In this document: positions 1-9,915 of the stretch, piece by piece
How the letters are laid out: each line of letters opens with the position of its first letter
Position numbering within the stretch: position 1 is the stretch's first letter
From: Candidatus Limnocylindria bacterium
GTDB lineage: Bacteria; Chloroflexota; Limnocylindria; P2-11E
Length of the DNA: 41,047 nucleotides
NCBI GenBank assembly: GCA_036395035.1
Contig: DASWDY010000018.1
Coordinates: 1-41,047, forward strand
Reading direction: 5' to 3'
Made by a program: the position numbers and the translations under genes
The notes under the pieces: generated by a model
What the model was told of the DNA's origin: nothing
Seen by the model: the letters and a program-made list of their open reading frames with translations, nothing else
Database searches by the model: none

Positions 1-1233
1 GACCTTGTCGTACTTCAGCTCGAGCTTGTCGATCGTCGTATAGACGGCGGCGAGCTTCTTGTCCGGCAGCACGATGACCGGCAGCTGGAACTGCTCCGCC
101 CAGTTGAAGGCCGAGAACACGTCCTGGTAGCACTCGCGCAGGTCGCCGGGCGCGATCACGACGTGCGGGAAATCGCCCTGCGCGGGGTGGAGGACGAACT
201 GGAGGTCGCCCTGCTCCTGGCGCGTCGGCAGGCCCGTCGACGGGCCGCCGCGCTGGTACATCGTGATGACGGGACCGGGCGCCTCGGTGATGGACGAGAA
301 GCCGATGCCCTCGACCATGAGCGCGAACCCGGGGCCGCTCGTCGCGGTCGCGCTGCGCACACCCATGTGCGCGGCACCGATGGCCATGTTGATGGACGAG
401 ATCTCGTCCTCACACTGCACGACGAGCAGGTTCTGATCGCGCTGGTGCCGCTCGAGGTACACGCTCTCGTCCGTCGCCGGCGAGATCGGGTAGTACGTCT
501 GGAACGCGCAGCCCGCCTTCAGCTTCGCGATGGCGATGACCTCGTACCCCTTGGCGAGGATGCGCGCCTTCTTGTCCGCGCCGGGCTGGAGCCGGTACGG
601 GAAGGCCTTCGCGTCGAAGTTGTCGCGGACGTGGTCGAAGGCGAGCCGCGCGGCGCGGACGTTCAGCTGCCCGATCTCGCTGCGCTTGCCCTTGAACTGC
701 CCGATGATCACCTCGGCCACGAGGTCGAACGGGTACTCGCACAGCGCGAGCGACGCGCCGAGCGCGACGGTGTTCTTCATGACCTCGTAGCGGCGCGCCT
801 GCTCGCCCTTGCCGACCTCGTCGAGCGCCGTCTTGATGATCTCCAGGAACGGGACGGGAAAGAAGCGCACGTCGGAGCGGTCCGCCGGCGGATCCCAGCC
901 GATGTCGCTGTCGAAGACCACCCCGCCGCCCTCGTTCACCTCGTGGAGATGCCCGTAGTGGGTGGGCCAGCGGCGATGGTCCCCGTCACCGACGAGCGTC
1001 TCGTGGTCGAGGGCCACGAGGATGTCGGTCTTCTCCTTGTAGGAGCGCACGTCCTCGTCGTCCACGCGGACGCGATAGAAGGAGTGCTTCCCCATGATGT
1101 TGGAGTGGTATTCGATGTTCGCGTAGACCCGCAGTCCGGCACGGCTGCAGGCCTTGGCGAAGACTTCGGCGGAGGCGTTGATCCCGCTCCCCTGGGGCCC
1201 GCCGATCAGCCAGGTGAGCCGGTTCTTCTGCAT
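1..1233 (-). CDS. korA: 2-oxoacid:ferredoxin (acceptor) oxidoreductase alpha subunit with fused N-terminal gamma domain. The 3' end runs off the window.
   Basis: This ORF is absent from the track because it is open to position 1. My reverse-strand translation from the ATG (complement of 1231-1233) reads MQKNRLTWLIGGPQGSGINASAEVFAKACSRAGLRVYANIEYHSNIMGKHSFYRV. Further on it reads YYPISPATDESVYLERH and ATATSGPGFALMVEGIGFSSITEAPGPVITMYQRGGPSTGLPTRQEQGDLQ. These are the gamma-domain and POR_N motifs of KorA/OorA-type enzymes. Confidence 0.85.
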   Translation of the reverse strand, partial: MQKNRLTWLIGGPQGSGINASAEVFAKACSRAGLRVYANIEYHSNIMGKHSFYRVRVDDEDVRSYKEKTDILVALDHETLVGDGDHRRWPTHYGHLHEVNEGGGVVFDSDIGWDPPADRSDVRFFPVPFLEIIKTALDEVGKGEQARRYEVMKNTVALGASLALCEYPFDLVAEVIIGQFKGKRSEIGQLNVRAARLAFDHVRDNFDAKAFPYRLQPGADKKARILAKGYEVIAIAKLKAGCAFQTYYPISPATDESVYLERHQRDQNLLVVQCEDEISSINMAIGAAHMGVRSATATSGPGFALMVEGIGFSSITEAPGPVITMYQRGGPSTGLPTRQEQGDLQFVLHPAQGDFPHVVIAPGDLRECYQDVFSAFNWAEQFQLPVIVLPDKKLAAVYTTIDKLELKYDKV

Positions 1234-1360
1234 GTGGGGTATGTGCCTATTCTACGTTGCGGAAAGCCGTTCGGAGGCCCGTCTTCGAGCCGAATGACAC
1301 TTTGCCGCGACGCGGAGCGGTCGCGAAGGTGGACGTACCTTTGAGCGAAGGAGCGGCCAG

Positions 1361-2794
1361 ATGACGACGATCACGAGGCCTCCCGAGGGAGCGACGACGA
1401 GCACGCGCATAGAGAAGGACACGCTCGGCGAGGTCCGGGTCCCCGCCGACGCCCTGTGGGGTGCCCAGACCCAGCGCGCGGTCGAGAACTACCCGATCAG
1501 CGGGTACCGCGCGTTCCCCGCGTTCATCCGCGCGATCGTGTCGGTGAAGAAAGCGGCGGCGCTGGCGAACGCCGAGGCCGGGCGCCTCTCAGCCGAACGC
1601 CGTGACGCGATCGTGTGGGCGTGCGACGAGATCCTCGGCGGCAAGTACCACGATCAATTCGTCGTGGACGTCTTCCAGGCGGGCGCGGGCGTCTCGTTCC
1701 ACATGAACACGAACGAGGTCATCGCGAACCTGGCGGACCGCAAGCTCGGCGGAGCGCTCGGGACGTACGCGAAGGTGAACCCGAACGACCACGTGAACAT
1801 GGCGCAGTCGACGAACGACGTGACGCCCACCGCCATGCGCCTGGCGCACCTCGAGCTGACGAAGGCGCTGACGGCGGAGCTCGATCAGCTCGCGACCTCG
1901 ATCGCCGCGAAGGCGCAGGAGGTGCGCGAGGTCGTCAAGCCGGGACGGACGCACCTGCAGGACGCCGTCCCCGTCACGTTCGGCCAGGAGCTCGGCGGCT
2001 GGGCCGCGCGCGTCCGCTCGGCGGCGGCGCGGCTGCGCGCGGGACGCCAGGAGCTCTGTGAGCTCGGGATCGGCGGCACGGCCGCGGGCACCGGCCTCAA
2101 CGCCGACCCGAAGTTCCGCGAGCGCGTGTGCCGTCACCTCGCGCAGTGGTACGGCGAGCCGATCGTGCCCGCGGCCGACCTCTTCCAGTCGATGCAGTCC
2201 ATGGCGGCCTTCGTCCGCATCTCGAGCGGCATGCGCACGGCGGCCATCGAGCTCGGCCAGATGTGCAACGACATCCGGCTGCTCGTCTCGGGGCCGCGCA
2301 CGGGCTTCGGCGAGATCCACATCCCGGCGGTGCAGCCGGGCTCCTCGATCATGCCGGGCAAGGTGAACCCGGCGATCGTCGAGATGGTCAACCAGGTCTG
2401 CTTCCAGGTGATCGGGAACGACACGGCCGTCATGCTCGGCGCGCAGGCCGGTCAGCTCGAGCTGAACGTGATGATGCCGGGCATCAACTACGCGGTCTGC
2501 CTCTCCGCGACGATCCTCACGAACGCGGTGCGCCAGCTGCGCACGCGGACGATCGACGGCCTGCGCGTGGACCGCGAACGGGCGCGGGAGCTGCTCGACG
2601 CGAGCCCCCCGCTCATCGCCACGGCGCTGTCGCCGCACATCGGGTACGCGCGCGCCGCTGCCCTCGTGAAGCGCGCGATCGCCGAGCGGCGCTCGCTCCT
2701 CGACGTCGCACTCGAGGAGAAGGTCCTCCCCGAGGCGGACCTGCGTCGCGTGCTCGACCCGCTGCCGATGACCCGCGGCGGCGTCATGGAGTGA
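1361..2794 (+). CDS. aspA: aspartate ammonia-lyase (class II fumarase/aspartase superfamily)
   Basis: 477-aa ORF with AAGGAG about 7 nt upstream of the ATG. It carries the GSSIMPGKVNP signature loop. VDVFQAGAGVSFHMNTNEVIAN and VNQVCFQVIGNDTAVMLGAQAGQLELNVMMP match my recollection of AspA better than FumC. Confidence 0.8.
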   Translation: MTTITRPPEGATTSTRIEKDTLGEVRVPADALWGAQTQRAVENYPISGYRAFPAFIRAIVSVKKAAALANAEAGRLSAERRDAIVWACDEILGGKYHDQFVVDVFQAGAGVSFHMNTNEVIANLADRKLGGALGTYAKVNPNDHVNMAQSTNDVTPTAMRLAHLELTKALTAELDQLATSIAAKAQEVREVVKPGRTHLQDAVPVTFGQELGGWAARVRSAAARLRAGRQELCELGIGGTAAGTGLNADPKFRERVCRHLAQWYGEPIVPAADLFQSMQSMAAFVRISSGMRTAAIELGQMCNDIRLLVSGPRTGFGEIHIPAVQPGSSIMPGKVNPAIVEMVNQVCFQVIGNDTAVMLGAQAGQLELNVMMPGINYAVCLSATILTNAVRQLRTRTIDGLRVDRERARELLDASPPLIATALSPHIGYARAAALVKRAIAERRSLLDVALEEKVLPEADLRRVLDPLPMTRGGVME

Positions 2795-2798
2795 TGGA

Positions 2799-4211
2799 GT
2801 GAGGGCGAGCGAGGATCCGGCTCCGCCGGTCCGAGCGAGCTCTACAAGAGCGGAGCGGCTAGCCGCGAGCGAGCGAAGCGAGCCGACGGCTATTGAGGAG
2901 GTCACCGACCTCCTCCAGACGCTCATCCGCAACCGCTGCGTCAACGACGGGACACCGGGCTCTGGGAACGAAACGCGCAGCGTCGAGACGCTCGAGGCGT
3001 ACCTCGCCGGTCCCGGCGTCGAGATGCGGCGCTACGAGGCGGTCCCGGGGCGCGGCAACCTTGTGCTCCGCATCGAGGGCACCGACCCGACCGCGCCCAC
3101 CCTTTGCCTCATGGGTCACATCGACGTCGTGCCGGCGAGCGCCGAGGGCTGGGAGCGCGACCCGTTCGGCGGAGAGCTGGTGAACGGTGAGGTCTGGGGC
3201 CGCGGCGCGATCGACATGCTCGGGATCACAGCGTCGATGGCCGTCGCCGTGAAGCGGGCGATGCGGAGCGACTGGAGGCCGCGCGGCACGCTCATCTACC
3301 TCGCGGTCGCCGACGAAGAGGCGCTCGGCACGTACGGCGCGCAGTGGCTGGTCGAGCACGAGTGGGACGCCGTGCGGTGCGACCTGCTCGTCACGGAGTT
3401 CGGCGGCGCGCGCATCCCGCTCGGCAGCGCGCCAAGGCTTCCGATCATGGTCGCCGAGAAGGGCTCGCACTGGATGCGCCTGCGCGTGACGGGTGTGCCG
3501 GGCCACGGGTCGATGCCGTACCGCACCGAGAACGCGGTCGTGAAGATGTCCGAGGTCGTGCGGCGGATCGCGTCGTACCGTCCGCCGGCGGACACGCACC
3601 AGGTCTGGCTGCGCTTCATCGACGGTCTCGAGCTGCCGCCCGCGCAGCGCGCGCTCCTGCGCAGCGCGCCGGACCTCGAAGGCGAGCTGGGCCGGATGCC
3701 CGTCGGGGTCGCGCGGATGATGCACGCGGCCACCCATACGACGTTCTCGCCGAACGTCATGCACGGCGGCGTGAAGACGAACATCGTGCCCGACAGCGCC
3801 GAGATCCAGGTCGACATCCGCACGCTCCCGGGCATCGACGGCACTGCGGTCCACGCGATGCTGCGCGACGCGATCGGCGACCTGTGGGCCTCGGTCGAGA
3901 TCGCGGACGAAGGCGACAACCTCGCCACGGCGTCGCCCGTCGACACACCGCTCTGGCGCGCGCTCACGAACGCGACCGAGCGGCTCGTCCCCGGCGGCAC
4001 GACGATCCCGTTCCTCGTCGTCGGTGCGACCGACGCGCGCTTCTTCCGCCGCAAGGGCGTGACGGCGTACGGCTACGGGCTCTTCAGCGAGCGGATCCCC
4101 TTCAACGAGTTCTCGTCCATGTTCCACGGGAGGAACGAGCGGATCGACCAGACATCGCTGGGACTGATGGTCGATCTGTGGGGATCGGCGATGCGCGAGG
4201 TGCTCGGCTAG
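2799..4211 (+). CDS. M20-family metallopeptidase (ArgE/DapE/CPG2-like)
   Basis: 470-aa ORF with a GTG start 4 nt after the aspA stop. Metal-binding motifs of the M20/M25/M40 clan are present: LMGHIDVVPA, GRGAIDMLG and LAVADEEALG. Confidence 0.8.
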   Translation: MRASEDPAPPVRASSTRAERLAASERSEPTAIEEVTDLLQTLIRNRCVNDGTPGSGNETRSVETLEAYLAGPGVEMRRYEAVPGRGNLVLRIEGTDPTAPTLCLMGHIDVVPASAEGWERDPFGGELVNGEVWGRGAIDMLGITASMAVAVKRAMRSDWRPRGTLIYLAVADEEALGTYGAQWLVEHEWDAVRCDLLVTEFGGARIPLGSAPRLPIMVAEKGSHWMRLRVTGVPGHGSMPYRTENAVVKMSEVVRRIASYRPPADTHQVWLRFIDGLELPPAQRALLRSAPDLEGELGRMPVGVARMMHAATHTTFSPNVMHGGVKTNIVPDSAEIQVDIRTLPGIDGTAVHAMLRDAIGDLWASVEIADEGDNLATASPVDTPLWRALTNATERLVPGGTTIPFLVVGATDARFFRRKGVTAYGYGLFSERIPFNEFSSMFHGRNERIDQTSLGLMVDLWGSAMREVLG

Positions 4212-4243
4212 GCGCCGACGCCGGATCCCGCGATGCTGCAGCG

Positions 4244-5416
4244 GTGCGCCGCGCGGACAGGGCCTTCGCGATCGCCACACTGGCGTCCCTCGCCATCGTC
4301 GTTCTCGGCCCGCTGCAGCGCCGCATCGAGCTCATCGGCGAGGACGACCTCTCGGGCATCTGGGCCGGCCCTCGTGCCATCGCGACCGGCCACGACCCGT
4401 ATGACCCGGAGACGTGGCGCCCGCTCTCCGTCGCGCTCGGCACGCAGCTGTTCGACACGCCCGTCTACATCTACCCGCCCTGGGTCGCGGTCCCCTTGCT
4501 GCCGCTCGGCTTCCTCCCGTTGCCGGTCGTCTCGATCCTGTGGCTCGTCGCGAGCCTGGCCGCGGCGCTGCTCGCCTTGCGCTATGCGCTGCGGCTCCTC
4601 CTGCCGGCGCGGACCGGCGATCACGCGGTCGCGCCCGTCGCGCTCCTTCTTTCGTGGGTCGGCATCCTCACGCTGGTCCTCGGCCAGTGGGGCTACCTGC
4701 TCGTGGCCGCGCTCTTCACCGCGGTCCTCGCGGTGCGCAGCGGCCACGCGATGCTCGCGGGCCTCGCCGCCCTCGCATTCCTCGCCAAGCCCCAGCTCTT
4801 CCTCCTGGCCGCGCCCGCGTTCGCGGTCCACGCCCTCTGGCCGGAGCGCCCGGGCGGGCCACCGTCGCGGACCGGCCTGCGCGCGGTCGGGATCGCGCTC
4901 GCCGGCGCGCTCACGCTCCTCGCCGCGGGCTGGATCCTGCTCCCGTCGTGGTGGCCGACCTGGGCCCAGATCGTCCTGCCTCAGCAGACGCGGCCGTTCT
5001 CGGACACTGTGCCGGCGCTCCTCGTGACGATCATCGGCGGTCCGGGGCTCGTGCTCGCGCCGATCGTCGTCCTTGTGCTCACCGCCGTCGCGCTGCAGTT
5101 CCATCCGCGCGGCCTCGCCTGGATGGCGGTGTGGCCGGTGCTATCGCTGCTCGCGGCGCCGTACACGAATTCGTACGATCAGATCCTGCTCATCGTCCCG
5201 GTCGTGCTCGCCGCGGGCGTGCTTCACGCGCGCGATCCGGGTCGCAGCCGAGCCGTGCTGTGGGCCGGGGCCGCGGTGCTGCTCGTCGCCACCCCGGTCA
5301 TGTACTGGATCGCGCTCCAGCGCCATTCGGAGACGTTCGGCGCGGTCGTGACCCTCGCGATCTTCGCGATCGTCACCGCGTCGCTGTGGCGCTACCGGCG
5401 CGACCCGACGGCGTGA
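4244..5416 (+). CDS. polytopic membrane protein, GT87/DUF2029-like (GT-C fold glycosyltransferase candidate)
   Basis: This is the C-terminal roughly 390 codons of track ORF 3344..5416. The upstream part of that ORF is an out-of-frame overlap with the peptidase. The first in-frame start after the peptidase stop is GTG 4244. There are about 9-10 hydrophobic helices. The first loop reads GEDD...GHDPYDPETW...VYIYPPW and is followed by LAKPQLFLL, a pattern I associate with the PimE-like DUF2029 family. Confidence 0.55.
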   Translation: MRRADRAFAIATLASLAIVVLGPLQRRIELIGEDDLSGIWAGPRAIATGHDPYDPETWRPLSVALGTQLFDTPVYIYPPWVAVPLLPLGFLPLPVVSILWLVASLAAALLALRYALRLLLPARTGDHAVAPVALLLSWVGILTLVLGQWGYLLVAALFTAVLAVRSGHAMLAGLAALAFLAKPQLFLLAAPAFAVHALWPERPGGPPSRTGLRAVGIALAGALTLLAAGWILLPSWWPTWAQIVLPQQTRPFSDTVPALLVTIIGGPGLVLAPIVVLVLTAVALQFHPRGLAWMAVWPVLSLLAAPYTNSYDQILLIVPVVLAAGVLHARDPGRSRAVLWAGAAVLLVATPVMYWIALQRHSETFGAVVTLAIFAIVTASLWRYRRDPTA

Positions 5417-5429
5417 CGCGGCGCCGCGC

Positions 5430-6143
5430 TCACGCTGTCGCCGCGGCGGGCGGCGCCGCCGGCAGCGGTCGTCGGCGTGCCAAGCGTCCGACGATCCGTC
5501 GGGTGAGGGCGTCCATCGCCGCGTAGCCCGCGCCGATGCACGCCGGCGGGTTGCCCGCCGGCAGCCAGACCACCGGGAGCACCGGCGACCACGTCCAGAT
5601 CCCGAGGCCCGTGCCGTACCACTCGAGCGCCGCTGTCATCACGAAGCTCACCGCGTACAGCAGCGGATAGCGGCCGCGGAGCACGAAGCGGAGGAAGATC
5701 GCCCAGACGACGAAGCCGAGGAGATCCGGGAGCGGCGGCCGCGCGAGGCTCACGAGCATCCACGCCGTCGCGGCGACGGTCACGACGGTCACGATCGCGC
5801 GCGCACCGCGTACGAGGATCGGCAGCGACGCGGCGCGCAGCGCGGCGAGATAGAAGAGGCCGTGGCCCGCCGGGACGTAGAGCGGCAGGTCCTCGAGGCG
5901 GTACGTGTACGCGTGCCAGATGAGCGACCCGAAGACCTCGAGGGCGGTCGCGACGCAGACGAGGACGATGACCTGCACGCGGATGGCCGGCGGCTGCAGC
6001 CGGAGCGCGACCGCGAGGAGCGCCCATGCCAGGAGCCCGAGCGCCGTGTGGCCGGCCGCGTCGGCCCGCGCGTCGAGCGGCAGCGCGGCCAGCCAGAACG
6101 CGGTGAACGCGCCGACGTACGCGAGCGTGCCGCGGACGCTCAC
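5430..6143 (-). CDS. integral membrane protein, unknown function
   Basis: Track ORF 5430..6266, trimmed to GTG at 6143 (VSVRGTLAYVG...). This start overlaps the upstream cyclophilin stop by 1 nt (TAGTG). There are about 7 hydrophobic segments. I recognise no family motif. Confidence 0.5.
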   Translation of the reverse strand: MSVRGTLAYVGAFTAFWLAALPLDARADAAGHTALGLLAWALLAVALRLQPPAIRVQVIVLVCVATALEVFGSLIWHAYTYRLEDLPLYVPAGHGLFYLAALRAASLPILVRGARAIVTVVTVAATAWMLVSLARPPLPDLLGFVVWAIFLRFVLRGRYPLLYAVSFVMTAALEWYGTGLGIWTWSPVLPVVWLPAGNPPACIGAGYAAMDALTRRIVGRLARRRPLPAAPPAAATA

Positions 6144-6751
6144 TACGGGATGCGGATCGTCTTGATCTTGTCGCCCATCGCGATCTTGAGCACGACGTCC
6201 ATCCCGGACGTCACGTTGCCGAAGTTCGTGTATTGCCCATTGAGGTGCGGTGCGTCGTCGAGGCACACGTAGAACTGGCTGTCATTGCTGACCTTGATGT
6301 CACCGCCGCGCGCGATGCCGAGCGCGCCCTTCACGAACGGCAGATCGCTCAGCTCGGTGGGCTGCTGGCCGCCGCCGGTGCCGGGCGTCCCCGCGCCCGT
6401 CTTGCTGTAGGGGTCGCCGCCCTGCGCGACGAAACCAGGGACGACGCGGTGGAACGAGGTCCCGTCGTAGTCCTTCGCGCGAGCCTTCTTCACGAAGTTC
6501 GCGACGGTGTTCGGCGCCTTGTCCGCGCGGAACGCGATGGTGAAGGATCCGCCCTTCTCGAGCTCGACGATCGCCGTGGTCGCGGGGCCTGTCGACGCGG
6601 GTGTGGGAGCGGCCGTGTCAACACCTCCTGTGTTCGGTGTGGGTGTGCGCGTGGTGGTCGGTGACGGTGTCGGTGGACGCACGACGCGCGCGCCGCCGCA
6701 TGCGGAGAGCAGGAGCGCGGCGATGATCGTGAATGCGACCGAACGCGGCAC
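6143..6751 (-). CDS. cyclophilin-type peptidyl-prolyl cis-trans isomerase, probable lipoprotein
   Basis: 202 aa. The N-terminus has a lipobox-like LLLSACGG followed by a Thr/Pro linker. Cyclophilin motifs are present: FHRVVPGFVAQGGDP and SNDSQFYVCL. Confidence 0.85.
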   Translation of the reverse strand: MPRSVAFTIIAALLLSACGGARVVRPPTPSPTTTRTPTPNTGGVDTAAPTPASTGPATTAIVELEKGGSFTIAFRADKAPNTVANFVKKARAKDYDGTSFHRVVPGFVAQGGDPYSKTGAGTPGTGGGQQPTELSDLPFVKGALGIARGGDIKVSNDSQFYVCLDDAPHLNGQYTNFGNVTSGMDVVLKIAMGDKIKTIRIP

Positions 6752-6783
6752 CTGACGACGATAGCCGCTAGGCTCGACGGACC

Positions 6784-8115
6784 GTGCCGCAGTACCAGGC
6801 CCCCCGGGGCATGCGTGACCTCTTGCCCGCCGAGTCGACGACCTTCGATCGCCTCGAGGCGGTGATCCTCGCGCGGGCGACGCGGTACGGCTACCCGCGG
6901 ATCTCGACGCCGATCGTCGAGGACCGCGAGGTCTTCGCGAAGACGTCGGGTGAGGACAGCGACATCGTCGGGCACGAGATGTACGAGGTGTCGCTCGAAG
7001 GCAAGGGCGGGCTCGCGCTGCGTCCGGAGGGCACCGCGGCGGTCACGCGCGCGCTGCTGCAGCACGGCCTGCATCGCGCGCCGCGGCCGATCCGCCTCGC
7101 CTATTACGAGCCGATGTTCCGCGGGCAGCGCCCGCAGCTGCTGCGCTTCCGGCAGTTCTGGCAGTGGGGCCTTGAATGTGATGGTGCCGAGGAGCCGAGC
7201 GCGGACGTCGAGATCGTGGAGTTCACGAACGGTCTCTTCGCGGAGCTCGGGCTGACCGACTTCGACCTCGAGGTGAACACGGTCGGCGATGCCGCCTGCC
7301 GGCCCAAGGTGACCGAGGCGCTCGCGGCGTACTTCACCGAGCACAAGGATGCCCTCAGCGAAGCATCGCAGCGGCGACTCTCCTCGAACGTGCTGCGCAT
7401 CCTCGACTCGAAGGACCCGAAGGACCGCGAGGTGATCGAGGGCGCTCCGGACGTGCACGGACTGCTCTGCGCGGAGGACCGTGCGCACTTCGATGCCGTC
7501 GTCGTCGGGCTGGACCGTCTCGGGATCCGTCACCGCGTGGTCCCGACGCTCGTGCGCGGTCTCGACTACTACACGCGCACCGTGTACGAGTTCATCCTCA
7601 CGGATCCCGAGTACACCAAGAGCGGCGACATAGCGGTCGCCGCGGGCGGCCGCTACGACGAGCTCGTCGCGCGCATGGGCGGACCCGCATTGCCCGGGGT
7701 CGGGATCGCCGGCGGTGTCGACGTCCTCCACGCCGCGCTACAGCGCCAGGGTGTCGCGATGCCTCCAGAGCCCACCGCCGAGGTCTGGGTCCTTTCGGCG
7801 CAGGCCGACGACGTCGCGGACCGCATCCAGCTCGCCGCTCCCCTGCGCGATGCGGGGTTCCGCGTCGCGATCGAGTACAGCACGCGGCCCGTGGAGCGGC
7901 AGCTCGAGAACGCGGTGAAGCACGGCGCGAAGGTCGCGGTCATCCGGGGTACCGAGGAAGCGCGAGGCGGCAACGTCATCGTTCGCGACCTCACCGCGAA
8001 GACGCAGCGCGTGACGCGCCTCGCCGCCGTCGTCGCCGAGGTCGGGCGGCACGCGCCGAAGTACACGAAACCGACCCTGACGGACCAGCCGCCATCCGCG
8101 GGAGCGGAAGCCTAG
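6784..8115 (+). CDS. hisS: histidine--tRNA ligase
   Basis: 443 aa. The N-terminus is PRGMRDLLP and class II motifs are present, including AAGGRYDELV. The anticodon-binding C-terminus is also present. Confidence 0.95.
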   Translation: MPQYQAPRGMRDLLPAESTTFDRLEAVILARATRYGYPRISTPIVEDREVFAKTSGEDSDIVGHEMYEVSLEGKGGLALRPEGTAAVTRALLQHGLHRAPRPIRLAYYEPMFRGQRPQLLRFRQFWQWGLECDGAEEPSADVEIVEFTNGLFAELGLTDFDLEVNTVGDAACRPKVTEALAAYFTEHKDALSEASQRRLSSNVLRILDSKDPKDREVIEGAPDVHGLLCAEDRAHFDAVVVGLDRLGIRHRVVPTLVRGLDYYTRTVYEFILTDPEYTKSGDIAVAAGGRYDELVARMGGPALPGVGIAGGVDVLHAALQRQGVAMPPEPTAEVWVLSAQADDVADRIQLAAPLRDAGFRVAIEYSTRPVERQLENAVKHGAKVAVIRGTEEARGGNVIVRDLTAKTQRVTRLAAVVAEVGRHAPKYTKPTLTDQPPSAGAEA

Positions 8116-8117
8116 CC

Positions 8118-9890
8118 GTGCTGCGGACGCACACGTGCGGCGAGGTCCGGCCGACTGACGCGGGGCGCGAAGTGGCCCTGTGCGGCTGGGTGCACACGCG
8201 CCGCGACCACGGCGACCTCACGTTCATCGACCTGCGCGACCGCTACGGCATCACGCAGATCGTCGCGAGCGCCAAGGACCAGCCCGACGCGCATGCCGCG
8301 CTGAAGGCCGCGCGCGGCGAATGGGTCCTGCGCGTGCGCGGCGTCATCCGCGAGCGCCCGGCCGGCACGCGCAACACGAAGCTGCCGACCGGCGAGGTCG
8401 AGGTCGTCGCGACGTCGATCGAGGTCCTGAACGCGTCGAAGACGCCGCCGTTCTACGTGAACGAGGAGACCCCGGTCGACGAGACGCTGCGCTGGAAGTA
8501 CCGCTACGTCGACCTCCGCCGGGAGCGCTCGCGCGACCTCATGCGCCTGCGCCACGAGGTCGTCGCGCACATCCGCTCGTACTTCATCGAGCGCGGCTTC
8601 TGGGAGATCGAGACGACGAACCTCATCCGCGGCGACCCGACCGGCGCGCGCGACTTCGTCGTGCCGTCGCGCTACAACCCGGGGAAGTTCTGGGCGCTGC
8701 CGCAGTCACCGCAGCAGCTGAAGCAGATCCTCATCTACGGCGGCATCGACAAGTACTTCCAGATCGCGCGCGCCTATCGCGACGAGGACCCGCGCTCGGA
8801 CCGCGTCGCCGAGCACACGCAGCTCGACGTGGAGATGGCGTTCGTCGAGCGCGAGGACGTCATGGCGCTCATCGAGGACCTCTACACGGGGATCATCGAG
8901 CGCTTCAGCGCGAAGCCGCTCATGCGGAAGCCGTGGCCCCGCCTCACGTTCGCGGACGCGATGCGCCGCTTCGGGTCGGACAAGCCCGACCTGCGGTTCG
9001 CGATGGAGCTCGTCGATCTCACCGACGCGTTCCCGAAGAGCGGTTTCGCGGTCGTCCGTGACGCGGTCGCGAAGGGAGGACGGGTCCGCGCGGTCGTGGT
9101 CACGGGCAAAGCGGACGCATCGCGCAAGGAGATCGACGCTTGGACCGAGGTCGCGAAGCGCAAGGGCGCGAAGGGTCTGCTCTCCTTCGGGTTCGCGGGC
9201 GCCGAGGTGCGCTCGCCGGTCGCGAAGTTCCTCACGGCCGACGAGCTCTCTGCCGTGCGGCGCATCGCCGGCGCGCGCGAGGGCGACCTCGTGCTCGCGG
9301 TCGCGGACGCCGAGCGGCACGCGAGCGAAGCGGTCGGGACGCTGCGGCAGCATCTCGGCGAGACGCTCGGCCTGATCGACGCATCGAAGCACTCGGCCGT
9401 GCTCATCCACGAGTTCCCGATCGTCGAGCGGACGTCCGACGGCGGCTGGACGTTCTCGCACAACCCGTTCTCGGGGCCGCTCACGCCTGAGGAGCTGGGG
9501 TACCTCGACACGGAGCCCGAGCGCGCGCGCAGCTCGCAGTACGACTTCGCGCTCGACGGCCGGGAGACGGCCGGCGGCAGCATCCGGATCCACGAGCGGG
9601 CGGCGCAGGAGCGGATCTTCGCGCTCATGGGCATCCCGAAGGAGAAGGCGCAGGAGCGCTTCGGCGCGATCCTCGATGCCCTCGAGTACGGCGCGCCGCC
9701 GGAAGGTGGGTTCGCGGGCGGCATCGAGCGGATCTGCATGACGCTCGCGGGCACCGAGAACATCCGCGAGCTGCAGGCGTTCCCGAAGACGCAGACGGGC
9801 TACGACCCGCTGCTCGACGCCCCCGCGCCGATCACGGGTCCCGAGCTCGAGGAGCTGGGCCTCCGCGTGGTGGGGAAGCCGCAGCGCTGA
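8118..9890 (+). CDS. aspS: aspartate--tRNA ligase
   Basis: 590 aa, starting 2 nt after hisS. It has an N-terminal OB fold (CGWVHTRRDHGDLTFIDLRDRYG). The class IIb motifs YFQIARAYRDEDPR and GGSIRIH are present. Confidence 0.95.
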   Translation: MLRTHTCGEVRPTDAGREVALCGWVHTRRDHGDLTFIDLRDRYGITQIVASAKDQPDAHAALKAARGEWVLRVRGVIRERPAGTRNTKLPTGEVEVVATSIEVLNASKTPPFYVNEETPVDETLRWKYRYVDLRRERSRDLMRLRHEVVAHIRSYFIERGFWEIETTNLIRGDPTGARDFVVPSRYNPGKFWALPQSPQQLKQILIYGGIDKYFQIARAYRDEDPRSDRVAEHTQLDVEMAFVEREDVMALIEDLYTGIIERFSAKPLMRKPWPRLTFADAMRRFGSDKPDLRFAMELVDLTDAFPKSGFAVVRDAVAKGGRVRAVVVTGKADASRKEIDAWTEVAKRKGAKGLLSFGFAGAEVRSPVAKFLTADELSAVRRIAGAREGDLVLAVADAERHASEAVGTLRQHLGETLGLIDASKHSAVLIHEFPIVERTSDGGWTFSHNPFSGPLTPEELGYLDTEPERARSSQYDFALDGRETAGGSIRIHERAAQERIFALMGIPKEKAQERFGAILDALEYGAPPEGGFAGGIERICMTLAGTENIRELQAFPKTQTGYDPLLDAPAPITGPELEELGLRVVGKPQR

Positions 9891-9915
9891 CGCGAGGCGT
9901 TAGCGTGATCGCGGG

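Noticed and set aside
163-1344. 393-aa + strand ORF covering the first 1.3 kb
   Set aside because: It is antisense to a homology-supported korA reading frame. Its translation is Arg/Asp/Leu/Val-rich with no motifs. It is a typical GC-rich shadow ORF.
1361-2794. Calling this gene fumarate hydratase (fumC)
   Set aside because: The superfamily signature is shared by both enzymes. However, the segments flanking it (QAGAGVSFHMNTNEV, VNQVCFQVIGNDT, GQLELNVMMP) match my recollection of aspartase rather than FumC. I kept aspA at moderate confidence.
3344-4243. N-terminal roughly 300 codons of the 690-aa track ORF 3344..5416
   Set aside because: This part is out of frame over the M20 peptidase gene and reads as Arg/Ala/Pro-rich nonsense. 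Only the part after the peptidase stop, from GTG 4244, looks like a real membrane protein.
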